From Thermoleophilia bacterium (GTDB taxonomy: Bacteria; Actinomycetota; Thermoleophilia; Gaiellales; Gaiellaceae): a stretch of 51,873 bases of DNA. Positions 16,700 through 24,938 of this stretch are shown here, piece after piece (the stretch's first letter is position 1; every line of letters begins with the position of its first letter). Below the pieces are notes generated by a model. It ran no database searches and was not told where the DNA came from. It was given only the letters and a program-made list of their open reading frames with translations. Position numbers and translations under genes: made by a program. The DNA is taken from NCBI GenBank assembly GCA_040289505.1, contig PSLH01000003.1:1-51873 (forward strand), written 5' to 3'.

Positions 16700-16906
16700 G
16701 TGGATATCCGAATCGTCCCCGAGCCGACGCCGGAGGAGCGAGCGGCCATCCTGGCCGCCCTCCGTCGCCTCCAATCCGAGCAGGGAGGCGAAGACCCCGG
16801 CCCCTGGTGGCGCCTAGGAGCGCAGGAGGGGACGTGCTCCTTCGAGGATGAGGGCTACGGAGCCGCCGCTCTTCCCCGCAGCACGCCCGGCGCTGCTCGG
16901 GCGTAG
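16700..16906 (+). CDS. possible small acyl-CoA carboxylase epsilon-like protein (68 aa)
   Basis: From GTG 16700 it reads VDIRIVPEPTPEERAAILAALRRLQSEQGGEDPGPWWRLGAQEG... From memory this resembles the ACC_epsilon pattern (IRV..G.P.PEE.AA..A.L, then a WRR/W-containing tail). Third codon positions are mostly G/C. Its 3' end overlaps the pgsA 3' end on the opposite strand by about 50 nt. This is a weak call. Confidence 0.3.
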   Translation: MDIRIVPEPTPEERAAILAALRRLQSEQGGEDPGPWWRLGAQEGTCSFEDEGYGAAALPRSTPGAARA

Positions 16907-17400
16907 TCGATCCCGGACAGCCACGTCATGATCAGGGCGACGAGGAGCGCCCACCAGGCGATCTCCTCGCTCCACGCTCCGGCGGCGGCGAAGCCTCCCA
17001 CGGCGGCGGCGACTGCCTGGGCCCACGTCTTCAGCTTGCCCAGGTCGCGGGCCTGGAGGACGACTCCCCGCTGCATCGCCGCCAGCCGCAGGGCGGAGAC
17101 GAGAAACTCTCGGGCTACGACCAGGGCCACCATCCAAGCAGGAAAGGCGCTCTCGCCCACAAGCATGATCAGGGCGGCGACGACCAGGATCTTGTCGGCC
17201 AGGGGGTCGAGCAACGACCCCAGCGCCGAGGAGCCCCCGTGCCGGCGGGCGAGCCACCCGTCTACCTGGTCGGTGGTCATGGCGGCGATGAAGACGCCGG
17301 TCGCCCAGTACGCGTGTCCGGGGAAGTCCCAGGCGAAGAGGACGACGATCGCGACGACAGAGGCGGCTCGAGAGACCGTGAGCTGGTCGGCGAGGCTCAT
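16855..17400 (-). CDS. pgsA: CDP-diacylglycerol--glycerol-3-phosphate 3-phosphatidyltransferase (CDP-alcohol phosphatidyltransferase family)
   Basis: Carries the CDP-alcohol motif DQVDGWLARRHGGSSALGSLLDPLADKI (D-x2-DG-x2-AR-x8-G-x3-D-x3-D) and has multiple TM helices. Confidence 0.85.
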   Translation of the reverse strand: MSLADQLTVSRAASVVAIVVLFAWDFPGHAYWATGVFIAAMTTDQVDGWLARRHGGSSALGSLLDPLADKILVVAALIMLVGESAFPAWMVALVVAREFLVSALRLAAMQRGVVLQARDLGKLKTWAQAVAAAVGGFAAAGAWSEEIAWWALLVALIMTWLSGIDYARAAPGVLRGRAAAP

Positions 17401-17414
17401 CGCTGGGAGAGAAT

Positions 17415-19208
17415 ATGCGGCCTATGGCTCTCTTCTCGAAAGTGCTGGTGGCCAACCGGGGCGAGATCGCCGTTCGCATCTCCCGCACTCTGCGCGAGCT
17501 CGGCATCGCCACCGTGGCGGTCTACTCCGAGGCCGACCGCGACGCCCTCCACGCTCGCCTGGCCGACGAGGCCTACCTGATCGGCCCTGGGCCGGCTGCC
17601 GAGAGCTACCTTGCCCAGGAGCGCGTTATCGAGGTCGCGCTGCGGGCAGGCGCGGAGGCGATCCACCCTGGCTACGGCTTTTTGGCCGAGAACGCGAGCT
17701 TCGCGCGGGCGGTCGAGCAGGCAGGCCTCGTCTGGATCGGGCCGCCCGCAGAGGCCATCGAGCTGATGGGCGAGAAGACCGCCGCCCGCGCGGCCATGAA
17801 GGCTGCAGGCGTCCCCGTCGTCCCCGGCACCACCCAGCCGGCCCGAAGCCCCGAGGAGGTCATCCGAGCGGCCGAGGAGATCGGCTGGCCCATCGCCATC
17901 AAGGCGGCAGCCGGGGGCGGGGGGAAGGGCCTCAAGCTCGTGCGCGCGCCCGAGGAGGTGGCGGCTGCCTTCGCCTCGGCCCAGCGCGAGGGCCAGGCCT
18001 ACTTCGCCGACCCTTCCGTATACGTGGAGCGCTACCTGGAGGATCCCCGGCACGTGGAGGTGCAGGTGCTGGCCGACGCCTACGGGAACGTGATCCACCT
18101 AGGCGAGCGGGAGTGCACCATCCAGCGGCGGCACCAGAAGCTGGTCGAGGAGACGCCCTCCCCGGCTGTGGACGAGGCCCTCCGGGCCGGCATCGGGGCG
18201 ATCGCCGTGGAGGCAGCTCGCGCCGCCGGCTACCGCTCGGCCGGCACCATCGAGGGACTGCTCACTCAGGAAGGCGAGTACTACTTCCTGGAGATGAACA
18301 CCCGTATCCAGGTCGAGCACACGGTTACCGAGATGGTGACCGGCCTCGACCTCGTCCGAGAGCAAGTGCTCATCGCCGCCGGCGAGCCTCTCCGTCTCCG
18401 CCAAGAGGACGTACGCATGCTCGGGCACGCCATCGAGTGCCGGATCAACGCCGAGGATCCCGGTAGCGGCTTTCTCCCTTGCCCGGGGAGGATCACGGCC
18501 TACCGGGAGCCGGGGGGGCCGGGGATTCGGGTCGACTCGGGCGTGGAGGCAGGGTCGGAGGTGGTCGGGCTCTACGATCCCCTGATCGCCAAGCTGATCG
18601 CGCACGGCGTCGACCGCGAGCACGCCCGACGGCGGATGTTGCGGGCGCTGGACGAGTACGAGATCGGTGGGGTGACCACCTTGCTTGGTTTCCACCGGGC
18701 CTTGCTCAGGCACCCGTGCTTCATCCAGGCGGGCACCTGCCGAGGGGTGGTGGAGTCGGAGCAGCTTGCGAAGCAAGCCCAGGAGTTGTCGCATAGGACA
18801 ACAATACTCGCGACCCGACCGGACGGACGGCTCCAGGAGCGGGCCATCGCCGTGGAGGTGGACGGGCGCCGCTTCGACGTACGTCTGCTCGTGCCGGAGC
18901 CTCCCTACCGTGAGCTCGCCCGGCGGCGCCGGCAGCGCGCGGAAGCGAGCGCGGCCACCGCCTCGGCCCGGGACGCAGTGGTGAGCCCTATGCAGGGCAC
19001 GGTGCTCGACGTGCGCGTGTCCGAGGGCCAGTCGGTTCGAGCCGGCGAGGTGCTCTGCATCATCGAGGCCATGAAGATGGAGAACGAGATCGACGCCCAC
19101 AGGGACGGCATCGTCACCGAGCTCTCGGTGCAGCCGGGCCAGCCGGTGAGGACCGGGCAGGTGATCTGCGTCGTCGTCCAAGAGGGACGCGGGGCTGCGT
19201 CCGACTGA
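17415..19208 (+). CDS. accA: acetyl/propionyl-CoA carboxylase alpha subunit (biotin carboxylase + BCCP domain)
   Basis: The biotin carboxylase N-terminus is KVLVANRGEIAVRISRTLRELGIATVAVYSEADR, followed by an ATP-grasp region. The C-terminal biotinyl domain carries EAMKMENEI. An alternative start is ATG 17424. Confidence 0.9.
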   Translation: MRPMALFSKVLVANRGEIAVRISRTLRELGIATVAVYSEADRDALHARLADEAYLIGPGPAAESYLAQERVIEVALRAGAEAIHPGYGFLAENASFARAVEQAGLVWIGPPAEAIELMGEKTAARAAMKAAGVPVVPGTTQPARSPEEVIRAAEEIGWPIAIKAAAGGGGKGLKLVRAPEEVAAAFASAQREGQAYFADPSVYVERYLEDPRHVEVQVLADAYGNVIHLGERECTIQRRHQKLVEETPSPAVDEALRAGIGAIAVEAARAAGYRSAGTIEGLLTQEGEYYFLEMNTRIQVEHTVTEMVTGLDLVREQVLIAAGEPLRLRQEDVRMLGHAIECRINAEDPGSGFLPCPGRITAYREPGGPGIRVDSGVEAGSEVVGLYDPLIAKLIAHGVDREHARRRMLRALDEYEIGGVTTLLGFHRALLRHPCFIQAGTCRGVVESEQLAKQAQELSHRTTILATRPDGRLQERAIAVEVDGRRFDVRLLVPEPPYRELARRRRQRAEASAATASARDAVVSPMQGTVLDVRVSEGQSVRAGEVLCIIEAMKMENEIDAHRDGIVTELSVQPGQPVRTGQVICVVVQEGRGAASD

Positions 19209-19355
19209 GTCGCTCCGCGCTGCGCCCTGACGCTCGCTCGGCCTGGCGGAGCGCGGCCTCCTTGGGCGACGATCACGAGGGCGGCGCTCCCGAGCGCGGC
19301 TCGCAGAAGGTCATCGCCCTGCGAGAGGGGAGGGAGGGGGTAGACTCGCCCCGCC

Positions 19356-20498
19356 GTGGATCTCTACGAGTACCAGGGAAAGGAGCTCTTTCGGCGGTTC
19401 GGCATCCCGCTCTGGGACGGCCTTCTGGCCAGGACGCCAGAAGAGGCGCGGACAGCGGCCGCGCAGATTGGAGCCCCGGTCGTCGTGAAGGCCCAGGTCC
19501 TGACCGGCGGACGGGGCAAGGCGGGTGGGGTGAAGCTCGCTCATGGGCCCGAGGAGGCCGAGAGCCGAGCGAGGGACATCCTTGGTTTGAGCATCCGGGG
19601 CCACCCCGTGCGTGCGCTGTGGGTCGAGCGCGCCTCCGATATCGCCAAGGAGTACTACCTCTCGGTCACCTTCGATCGGGGCGCCAAGAAGCCGCTTCTC
19701 ATGCTCACCACCCAGGGGGGCGTGGACATCGAGGAGGTGGCGGCCGCCTCGCCGGAGGCGATCGCCCGCGTCCACGTCGACCCCCTCCAGGGCTACCAGC
19801 CCTACCTGGCCCGGCGGCTCGTGTACCGGGCGGGCATCGTCGACGAGGGTGAGCGTCGACAGGTGACGGACATCGTGGAGCGCCTCTACGCCTGCTTCGT
19901 GGGTTGCGACGCCATGCTCTGCGAGATCAACCCCTTGATCGTGACCCCAGAGGGCGAGGTGCGGGCCCTGGACGCCAAGGTCACCGTGGATGACAACGCT
20001 CTCTTTCGCCATCCCGATATCGCCGCCATGCGCGATCTGGACGCGATCCCGCCCCAGGAGCGCAAGGCCAAGGAGAAGGGCGTGACCTACGTGAAGCTCG
20101 ACGGAGAGGTCGGCATCCTAGGGAACGGGGCTGGCTTGGTCATGTCCACGCTGGACGTGATTGCCTTGGTGGGGGGCAGGCCGGCCAACTTCTGCGACCT
20201 CGGCGGAGGAGGCGACGCCCAGGGGGTGGTCGACGCGCTGGAGGTGATCGTGGCCGACCCCCAGGTGCGCTCCATCCTCTTCAACATCTTCGGCGGCATT
20301 ACCCGCTGCGACGAGGTGGCCCGCGGCATTCTGGAGGCGCTCGGGCGGATGTCCATCCCCTACCCGATCGTGGTTCGCCTGGACGGGACGAACGCTGAGG
20401 AGGCAAGGCGGCTCTTGACCCAAGCAGGACTTCCCAACCTGTACGTCGAGCCGACTATGCTCGACGCTGCTCGCAAGGCAGTGGAGCTCGCCCGATGA
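19356..20498 (+). CDS. sucC: succinate--CoA ligase (ADP-forming) beta subunit
   Basis: Contains MDLYEYQGKELFRRFGIP, VVKAQVLTGGRGKAGGVK and GNGAGLVMSTLD. GTG start. Confidence 0.95.
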   Translation: MDLYEYQGKELFRRFGIPLWDGLLARTPEEARTAAAQIGAPVVVKAQVLTGGRGKAGGVKLAHGPEEAESRARDILGLSIRGHPVRALWVERASDIAKEYYLSVTFDRGAKKPLLMLTTQGGVDIEEVAAASPEAIARVHVDPLQGYQPYLARRLVYRAGIVDEGERRQVTDIVERLYACFVGCDAMLCEINPLIVTPEGEVRALDAKVTVDDNALFRHPDIAAMRDLDAIPPQERKAKEKGVTYVKLDGEVGILGNGAGLVMSTLDVIALVGGRPANFCDLGGGGDAQGVVDALEVIVADPQVRSILFNIFGGITRCDEVARGILEALGRMSIPYPIVVRLDGTNAEEARRLLTQAGLPNLYVEPTMLDAARKAVELAR

Positions 20499-21133
20499 CC
20501 GACGTGTGGGCGGCCCGGGCTGACCTCTACCGAGAGAGCGAGGCCCACCGACAGGGGCCCGACCTCGATCTGCTCGTGGCGTGGGCGACGGGAGCGAGGA
20601 CGGCCCTCGACGTTGCCTCCGGCGGCGGGCACGTGGCCCGGCGCTTGCGGGAGGCCGGTCTCCAGGTCGTCACCGTCGATCGCTCCCCGGGCATGGAGCC
20701 GGACGTGATCGCCTCCGCCGACAATCTCCCCTTCGCCGAGGGGAGCTTCGATGTCGTCTGCTGCCGCCTGGCCGGGCACCACTTCCCCGACCTCGAGGCG
20801 GCCGTCCGGGAGATGGCCCGGGTGGCCCGGGAACGGGTCCTCGTTGTCGACACCGTCTACCTCGACGAGCGGACGGAGGAGGCGGAGCGCATCCGCGATC
20901 CCTCCCACGTGCGCAACCGAAGCGAGGAGGAGTGGCGTCAGCTCTTCGTCCAGGCTGGACTGGTCGTGGAGGAAGCAAGACGGCTCGAGCAGCCGATCGA
21001 GCTCGAGCCCTGGCTTAGGCGGACGGGCTGCGTGGGAGAAGAGGCAGCCAGGGTACGGGCGCTCCTCGCCGACAGGATCGAGGGCAGCCTTCTTCGGCTC
21101 GACCGCGTGGCTCTCCGAGGGAGGAAAGGCTAG
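20495..21133 (+). CDS. class I SAM-dependent methyltransferase (Methyltransf_11-like)
   Basis: Has SAM motif I ALDVASGGGHVARRL, then VVTVDRSPGM and LPFAEGSFDVVCCRLAGHHFPDLEAAVREMARVARERVLVVD. Its ATG overlaps the sucC TGA (ATGA). Its TAG is immediately followed by the sucD ATG. Confidence 0.8.
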   Translation: MTDVWAARADLYRESEAHRQGPDLDLLVAWATGARTALDVASGGGHVARRLREAGLQVVTVDRSPGMEPDVIASADNLPFAEGSFDVVCCRLAGHHFPDLEAAVREMARVARERVLVVDTVYLDERTEEAERIRDPSHVRNRSEEEWRQLFVQAGLVVEEARRLEQPIELEPWLRRTGCVGEEAARVRALLADRIEGSLLRLDRVALRGRKG

Positions 21134-22012
21134 ATGGCGATTATCGTCGATCGGGAAACACGCCTTCTCGTCCAGGGCATCACAGGGCGAGAGGGCTCCT
21201 TCCACGCTCGGCGCAACAAGGCCTACGGCACCCAGGTCGTGGCTGGCGTTACCCCCGGCAAGGGCGGGCAGGAGGTGGACGGGATTCCCGTCTTCGACAC
21301 CGTGGCCGACGCGGTGGAGGCGACCGGCGCCAACACGACCATGGTCTTCGTCCCGGCTCGCTTCGCCGCCGATGCCATCTACGAGGCCATTGACGCCGGC
21401 ATTGGCACCATCGTCTGCATCGCTGAGGGGCTCCCCGCTCACGACATGCTCCGCATCTACAACTACATCCGGCCACGGGGTATCACCATGGTGGGCCCCA
21501 ACTGCCCAGGGGTGCTCTCGCCCGGCAAGGCCAACGTGGGCATCATCCCGGCCGAGGTATTCAGGGAGGGGCCAGTAGGACTCGTGTCTCGGTCGGGGAC
21601 GCTCACCTACCAGATCGGCCACGAGTTGGCTCAGCTCGGGCTGGGAAGCTCGACCGTCGTCGGCATCGGCGGCGATCCGGTGGTCGGCTCCTCGTTCATC
21701 GATATCCTCGCCCGCTTCCAGGCCGATCCTGAGACCGAGTACGTGGTCTTGGTCGGCGAGATCGGGGGTGACGAGGAGGAGCGGGCGGCCCGCTTCATCG
21801 CCCAGGAGATGACGAAGCCGGTGGTGGCCTACGTAGCCGGCTTCACGGCCCCGCCCGGCAAGACGATGGGGCACGCCGGCGCCATCATCACAGGATCGTC
21901 GGGGACGGCCCAGGCCAAGAAGGAGGCGCTCGAGGCTTGCGGGGTCAAGGTCGGCACGACGCCCCAGGAGACGGCCGCCCTGGTGGCAGAGCTGGCCCGA
22001 TCTCGGCGCTAA
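21134..22012 (+). CDS. sucD: succinate--CoA ligase alpha subunit
   Basis: Contains [43 protein letters not shown] and MGHAGAII (phospho-His loop). A strong SD (GGAGGAAAGG) lies inside the 3' end of the methyltransferase gene. Confidence 0.95.
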   Translation: MAIIVDRETRLLVQGITGREGSFHARRNKAYGTQVVAGVTPGKGGQEVDGIPVFDTVADAVEATGANTTMVFVPARFAADAIYEAIDAGIGTIVCIAEGLPAHDMLRIYNYIRPRGITMVGPNCPGVLSPGKANVGIIPAEVFREGPVGLVSRSGTLTYQIGHELAQLGLGSSTVVGIGGDPVVGSSFIDILARFQADPETEYVVLVGEIGGDEEERAARFIAQEMTKPVVAYVAGFTAPPGKTMGHAGAIITGSSGTAQAKKEALEACGVKVGTTPQETAALVAELARSRR

Positions 22013-22474
22013 GAGGTCCGATTCGTCCGCTCGGCTTCCGCCAGTGGGGTGGCTTGCCGCCTGCGGTATCGGGACAGATGATGACCGCCTCAGAGAGCTC
22101 GGGATGCCTGCCACGTTGACCGTGATCGTCGGCGATCTCGCCACCGACGCCCGCTCCTCGATGTTTCTCCCCGCGGAGTGCGAGCGCCACGCGGCTGCGA
22201 GCGCGGGCCCTGCGGTGCCCCCGGCGGGTCTCGCTCGCTTCATCGGGGAGCAGCGAGCTCCGCCGGGATCAACTACACTTGCCCCCGGTCGACCCGACGC
22301 TCAGCTGGGGAAATTCGGTGATCGGGTCCGGGGAGATTCGCGCGATCGTCCTCAAGCCGGCAGGTCCGTGCTTCCGTCCGGGATCGGATCGCCTCGGGCG
22401 TCCGCCCGGCACGTCCCCTCCGCATGCGACGGCTCGTCGAGGCCGAGTACGGCGACGACCGCTAGGCTCTAGCG

Positions 22475-23578
22475 ATGCCTGTGATCTCCTTCGCCCGCGG
22501 CGTCCCTGCCCCCGAGTGCCTTCCGGTCAAGGAGCTTGCCGACTGCGCCCGAGCGGTGATCGAGCGCGACGGGCCGAGCGTCCTCAACTACGGTCCGGTC
22601 GGCGGCTACGGCCCCCTGCGCGAGTGGCTGGCCGAGCTCCACGGCGTCAGCCCCGGCCGCGTCCTCGTCACCAACGGCTCCCTGCAGGGCCTCGACCTTC
22701 TCCTCGGGCACTTCGCCCACCGGGGACGGATCCTGGTCGAGGCGCCGACGTACGACCGGCCGCTCAAGATCGCCGCCCGCCTCCGGGCCGAGCTGCGGGC
22801 CATTCCCCAGGACGACGAGGGCCTGGACGTGGACGCCCTCGAGGCCGAGCTCCGGCGCGACCCCGCTCCCGCCTTCCTGTACGCGCTTCCCACCTTCCAG
22901 AACCCGAGCGGGCGCACGCTTCCCCTTGAGCGGCGCCGCCGCCTGGTCGAGCTGGCCCACGAGTACCGTCTGACCGTGCTCGAGGACGACCCCTACGGGC
23001 GCGTCCGGTTCGAGGGGGAGGCGCCGCCCACCCTCTTCGAGCTAGACGGCGGCCAACGCGTGTTCTACTCCTCCTCGTTCTCCAAGGTGGTCGCGCCCGG
23101 CCTTCGCGTCGGCTACTTCGTGCTCGGCCAGGAGCTGGCTCGGGCGGTCGAGGGGGTGGCAGTCAACGTCTACCTGAGCCCCTCCATCGTGGCTCAGGCG
23201 ATCGCGTTTGAGTTCGTCCGCCGCGGGAACCTCGAGCCGAACGTGGCTCGGGTGGCCGGGCTTCTGCGCCTTCGCCGCGACGCCATGCTGGCGGCGCTCG
23301 AGCGCGAGCTCCCTGGCGCTCGCTGGAGCCGGCCGGAGGGAGGCTACTTCCTGTGGCTCGACTTGCCCCCTGGAGTGGAGGCAGAGGCGGCCCTGGCGCT
23401 CGGCGAGGAAGCGGGGGTGACCTTCGTCAAGGGGGCCGACTTCTTCCCTGGCGGCGCGGGCGGGCGAGGCTCGGCTCGGCTTGCCTTCAGCTACGTGTCG
23501 CCTCAGGAGATCGAGGAGGGGGTAGCCCGGCTGGCCGCCGTCGTCTCCCGTCTCGAGGCTGCTCGAGCTACGGCCTAG
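22475..23578 (+). CDS. PLP-dependent aminotransferase, class I/II (2-aminoadipate/MocR-type catalytic domain, no HTH)
   Basis: Contains ISFARGVPAPECLP, YGPVGGYGPLREWLA, TNGSLQGLDLL, YALPTFQNPSGRTL and SSSFSKVVAPGLRVGY (PLP-lysine). Confidence 0.85.
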   Translation: MPVISFARGVPAPECLPVKELADCARAVIERDGPSVLNYGPVGGYGPLREWLAELHGVSPGRVLVTNGSLQGLDLLLGHFAHRGRILVEAPTYDRPLKIAARLRAELRAIPQDDEGLDVDALEAELRRDPAPAFLYALPTFQNPSGRTLPLERRRRLVELAHEYRLTVLEDDPYGRVRFEGEAPPTLFELDGGQRVFYSSSFSKVVAPGLRVGYFVLGQELARAVEGVAVNVYLSPSIVAQAIAFEFVRRGNLEPNVARVAGLLRLRRDAMLAALERELPGARWSRPEGGYFLWLDLPPGVEAEAALALGEEAGVTFVKGADFFPGGAGGRGSARLAFSYVSPQEIEEGVARLAAVVSRLEAARATA

Positions 23579-23581
23579 ACG

Positions 23582-23782
23582 CTACGCGGGGGCGCCCGCT
23601 GCGTCGTGGGCCACGACCTGGGCGAGCGGCCGAGGTACGAGCCGGGGCTGGAGGGGAGGCGCCAGGGTACCTCGCTTGTGGTGGCGAAAGGTGGGACAGG
23701 GCTCGTCGAGATCGAGGGCGCATAGCTGCGCTCGGCGGAAGTAGCAATCCTCGCAGGTTACTCCACTTGTCTTGCTCTTCAT
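23582..23782 (-). CDS. small Cys-rich hypothetical protein (66 aa)
   Basis: The sequence is MKSKTSGVTCEDCYFRRAQLCALDLDEPCPTFRHHKRG.. (C-x2-C ... C ... C). ATG 23782 is preceded by GAGGAAG at good spacing. The longer ORF-track version (to 23878) has no such signal. Confidence 0.45.
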   Translation of the reverse strand: MKSKTSGVTCEDCYFRRAQLCALDLDEPCPTFRHHKRGTLAPPLQPRLVPRPLAQVVAHDAAGAPA

Positions 23783-23915
23783 CGATCTTCCTCTACCATC
23801 TCCCGCCTCTTGGACAAAGCTGGATAGTAGGGATTTGGCAGCCGGGCGCAAGGGGCTAGGAGCACGAAATAGCCGCATTTTGCGGGGTATTCAGAGAAGG
23901 CGACAGAGGGCGGCA

Positions 23916-24926
23916 TCAGGGTCGAAAGGCCCCTGTCGCCAAGGCCCGCAACGCTTGACGCAGGCTCTCGACCGGGATCACCCGTAGGCCATCGGCGTAG
24001 CGGCGAGCCTCGGCCGCGTTGGCCTTGGGGACGAGGAAGACGCGGATGCCAGCTCGGTGCACGCCCAGCACCTTCTGCTTGATTGCGCCCACGGCCGTGA
24101 CCGACCCGTCGAGCTCGATCTGGCCGGTGGCAGCCACCCGCTGGCCGTGGTCGACGTCGCGGCCAAGCTTCTCCATCACGGCCAGCGCGAAGGCCAGGCC
24201 AGCCGAGGGTCCGCCGACGTTGCCGGAGTCGATGCGGACGTCGAGGGGAAGGTGGATGCGGGCAGCCGGCTGGACGAGGACGCCGATCAGGGCGCGCTCG
24301 GGGGCGCTGGGGTCGGCGATGGTGCGTACCCTGACCGTGCGGAGGCCTGTATCACCGCGCACGAGGAGGGTCACCACCTGGCCTGGGCGGAGGCTGCTCA
24401 CGATCTGGCGGAGCTCGGCCGGGGAGCGAACGCGCCTGCCCTCTGCGCCCACGATGACGTCGGTAGGGATGAGGACCTTGGCTGCCGGCGCGTGGGGGGC
24501 GACGGCCACGACCAGCGCCCCGTCCTCCCGCACGTCGACCTTGTAGCCGAGCTCCCGCAGGGCCACGGCGGCCGCGATCTCCTGGGAGCGGGCCATCTGG
24601 CGCAAGTCGACCCTGCGCCGGGTTCCGTCGCTCACGCCGGGCGGGTTGACCTGGGAGCCGGGAAGGAGGGTGGCTCCCTCCCTGATCTCGGGGAACAGGC
24701 TCTCGAGGAGCGTGGCCCGTCGCTGGATCACGTCCACGAAGTAGATCCCGTCGTCTTCCTGGGCCACCCTCGTCCCCCTGATGGAGACGAGCGGGGCCAC
24801 GGGGTGGGCCTCGTCGGGGAGGATCAGGTAGTCGCCAGACGGCGCTAGCCAGAGGACGAGGAAGGTCGCCACCGCCAGGCCCGCCACGGCGGCCGCCAGC
24901 CGCCAGGGAGAGGGGAGCCTCTTCAT
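23916..24926 (-). CDS. membrane-anchored PDZ + Lon-protease-domain protein (YlbL/SdrC-like, S16 family)
   Basis: It has an N-terminal TM anchor, a central PDZ-like region (VIVGAEGRRVRSPAELRQIVSSLRPGQVVTLLV) and a C-terminal Lon proteolytic motif (GNVGGPSAGLAFALAV ... ATGQIELDGSVTAVGAIKQKV). Confidence 0.8.
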   Translation of the reverse strand: MKRLPSPWRLAAAVAGLAVATFLVLWLAPSGDYLILPDEAHPVAPLVSIRGTRVAQEDDGIYFVDVIQRRATLLESLFPEIREGATLLPGSQVNPPGVSDGTRRRVDLRQMARSQEIAAAVALRELGYKVDVREDGALVVAVAPHAPAAKVLIPTDVIVGAEGRRVRSPAELRQIVSSLRPGQVVTLLVRGDTGLRTVRVRTIADPSAPERALIGVLVQPAARIHLPLDVRIDSGNVGGPSAGLAFALAVMEKLGRDVDHGQRVAATGQIELDGSVTAVGAIKQKVLGVHRAGIRVFLVPKANAAEARRYADGLRVIPVESLRQALRALATGAFRP

Positions 24927-24938
24927 CGAGCCGTCTCG

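Noticed and set aside
20360-22243. 627-aa minus-strand ORF across the methyltransferase, sucD and part of the gap
   Set aside because: It is antisense to sucD and the methyltransferase, both of which have strong motifs. Its composition is shadow-frame-like. The same reasoning rejects 34213..36003 (-), 32798..34231 (-), 8975..10282 (-), 944..2155 (-), 5253..6395 (-), 18099..19181 (-) and 39663..40667 (-).
22044-22472. 142-aa plus-strand ORF filling the sucD-aminotransferase gap
   Set aside because: The composition is Arg/Pro/Ser/Ala/Gly-rich over most of its length. Third-position G/C bias holds only for the first ~45 codons and then switches frame. There is no SD and there are no motifs. I kept it as an unassigned region in the findings rather than calling a CDS.
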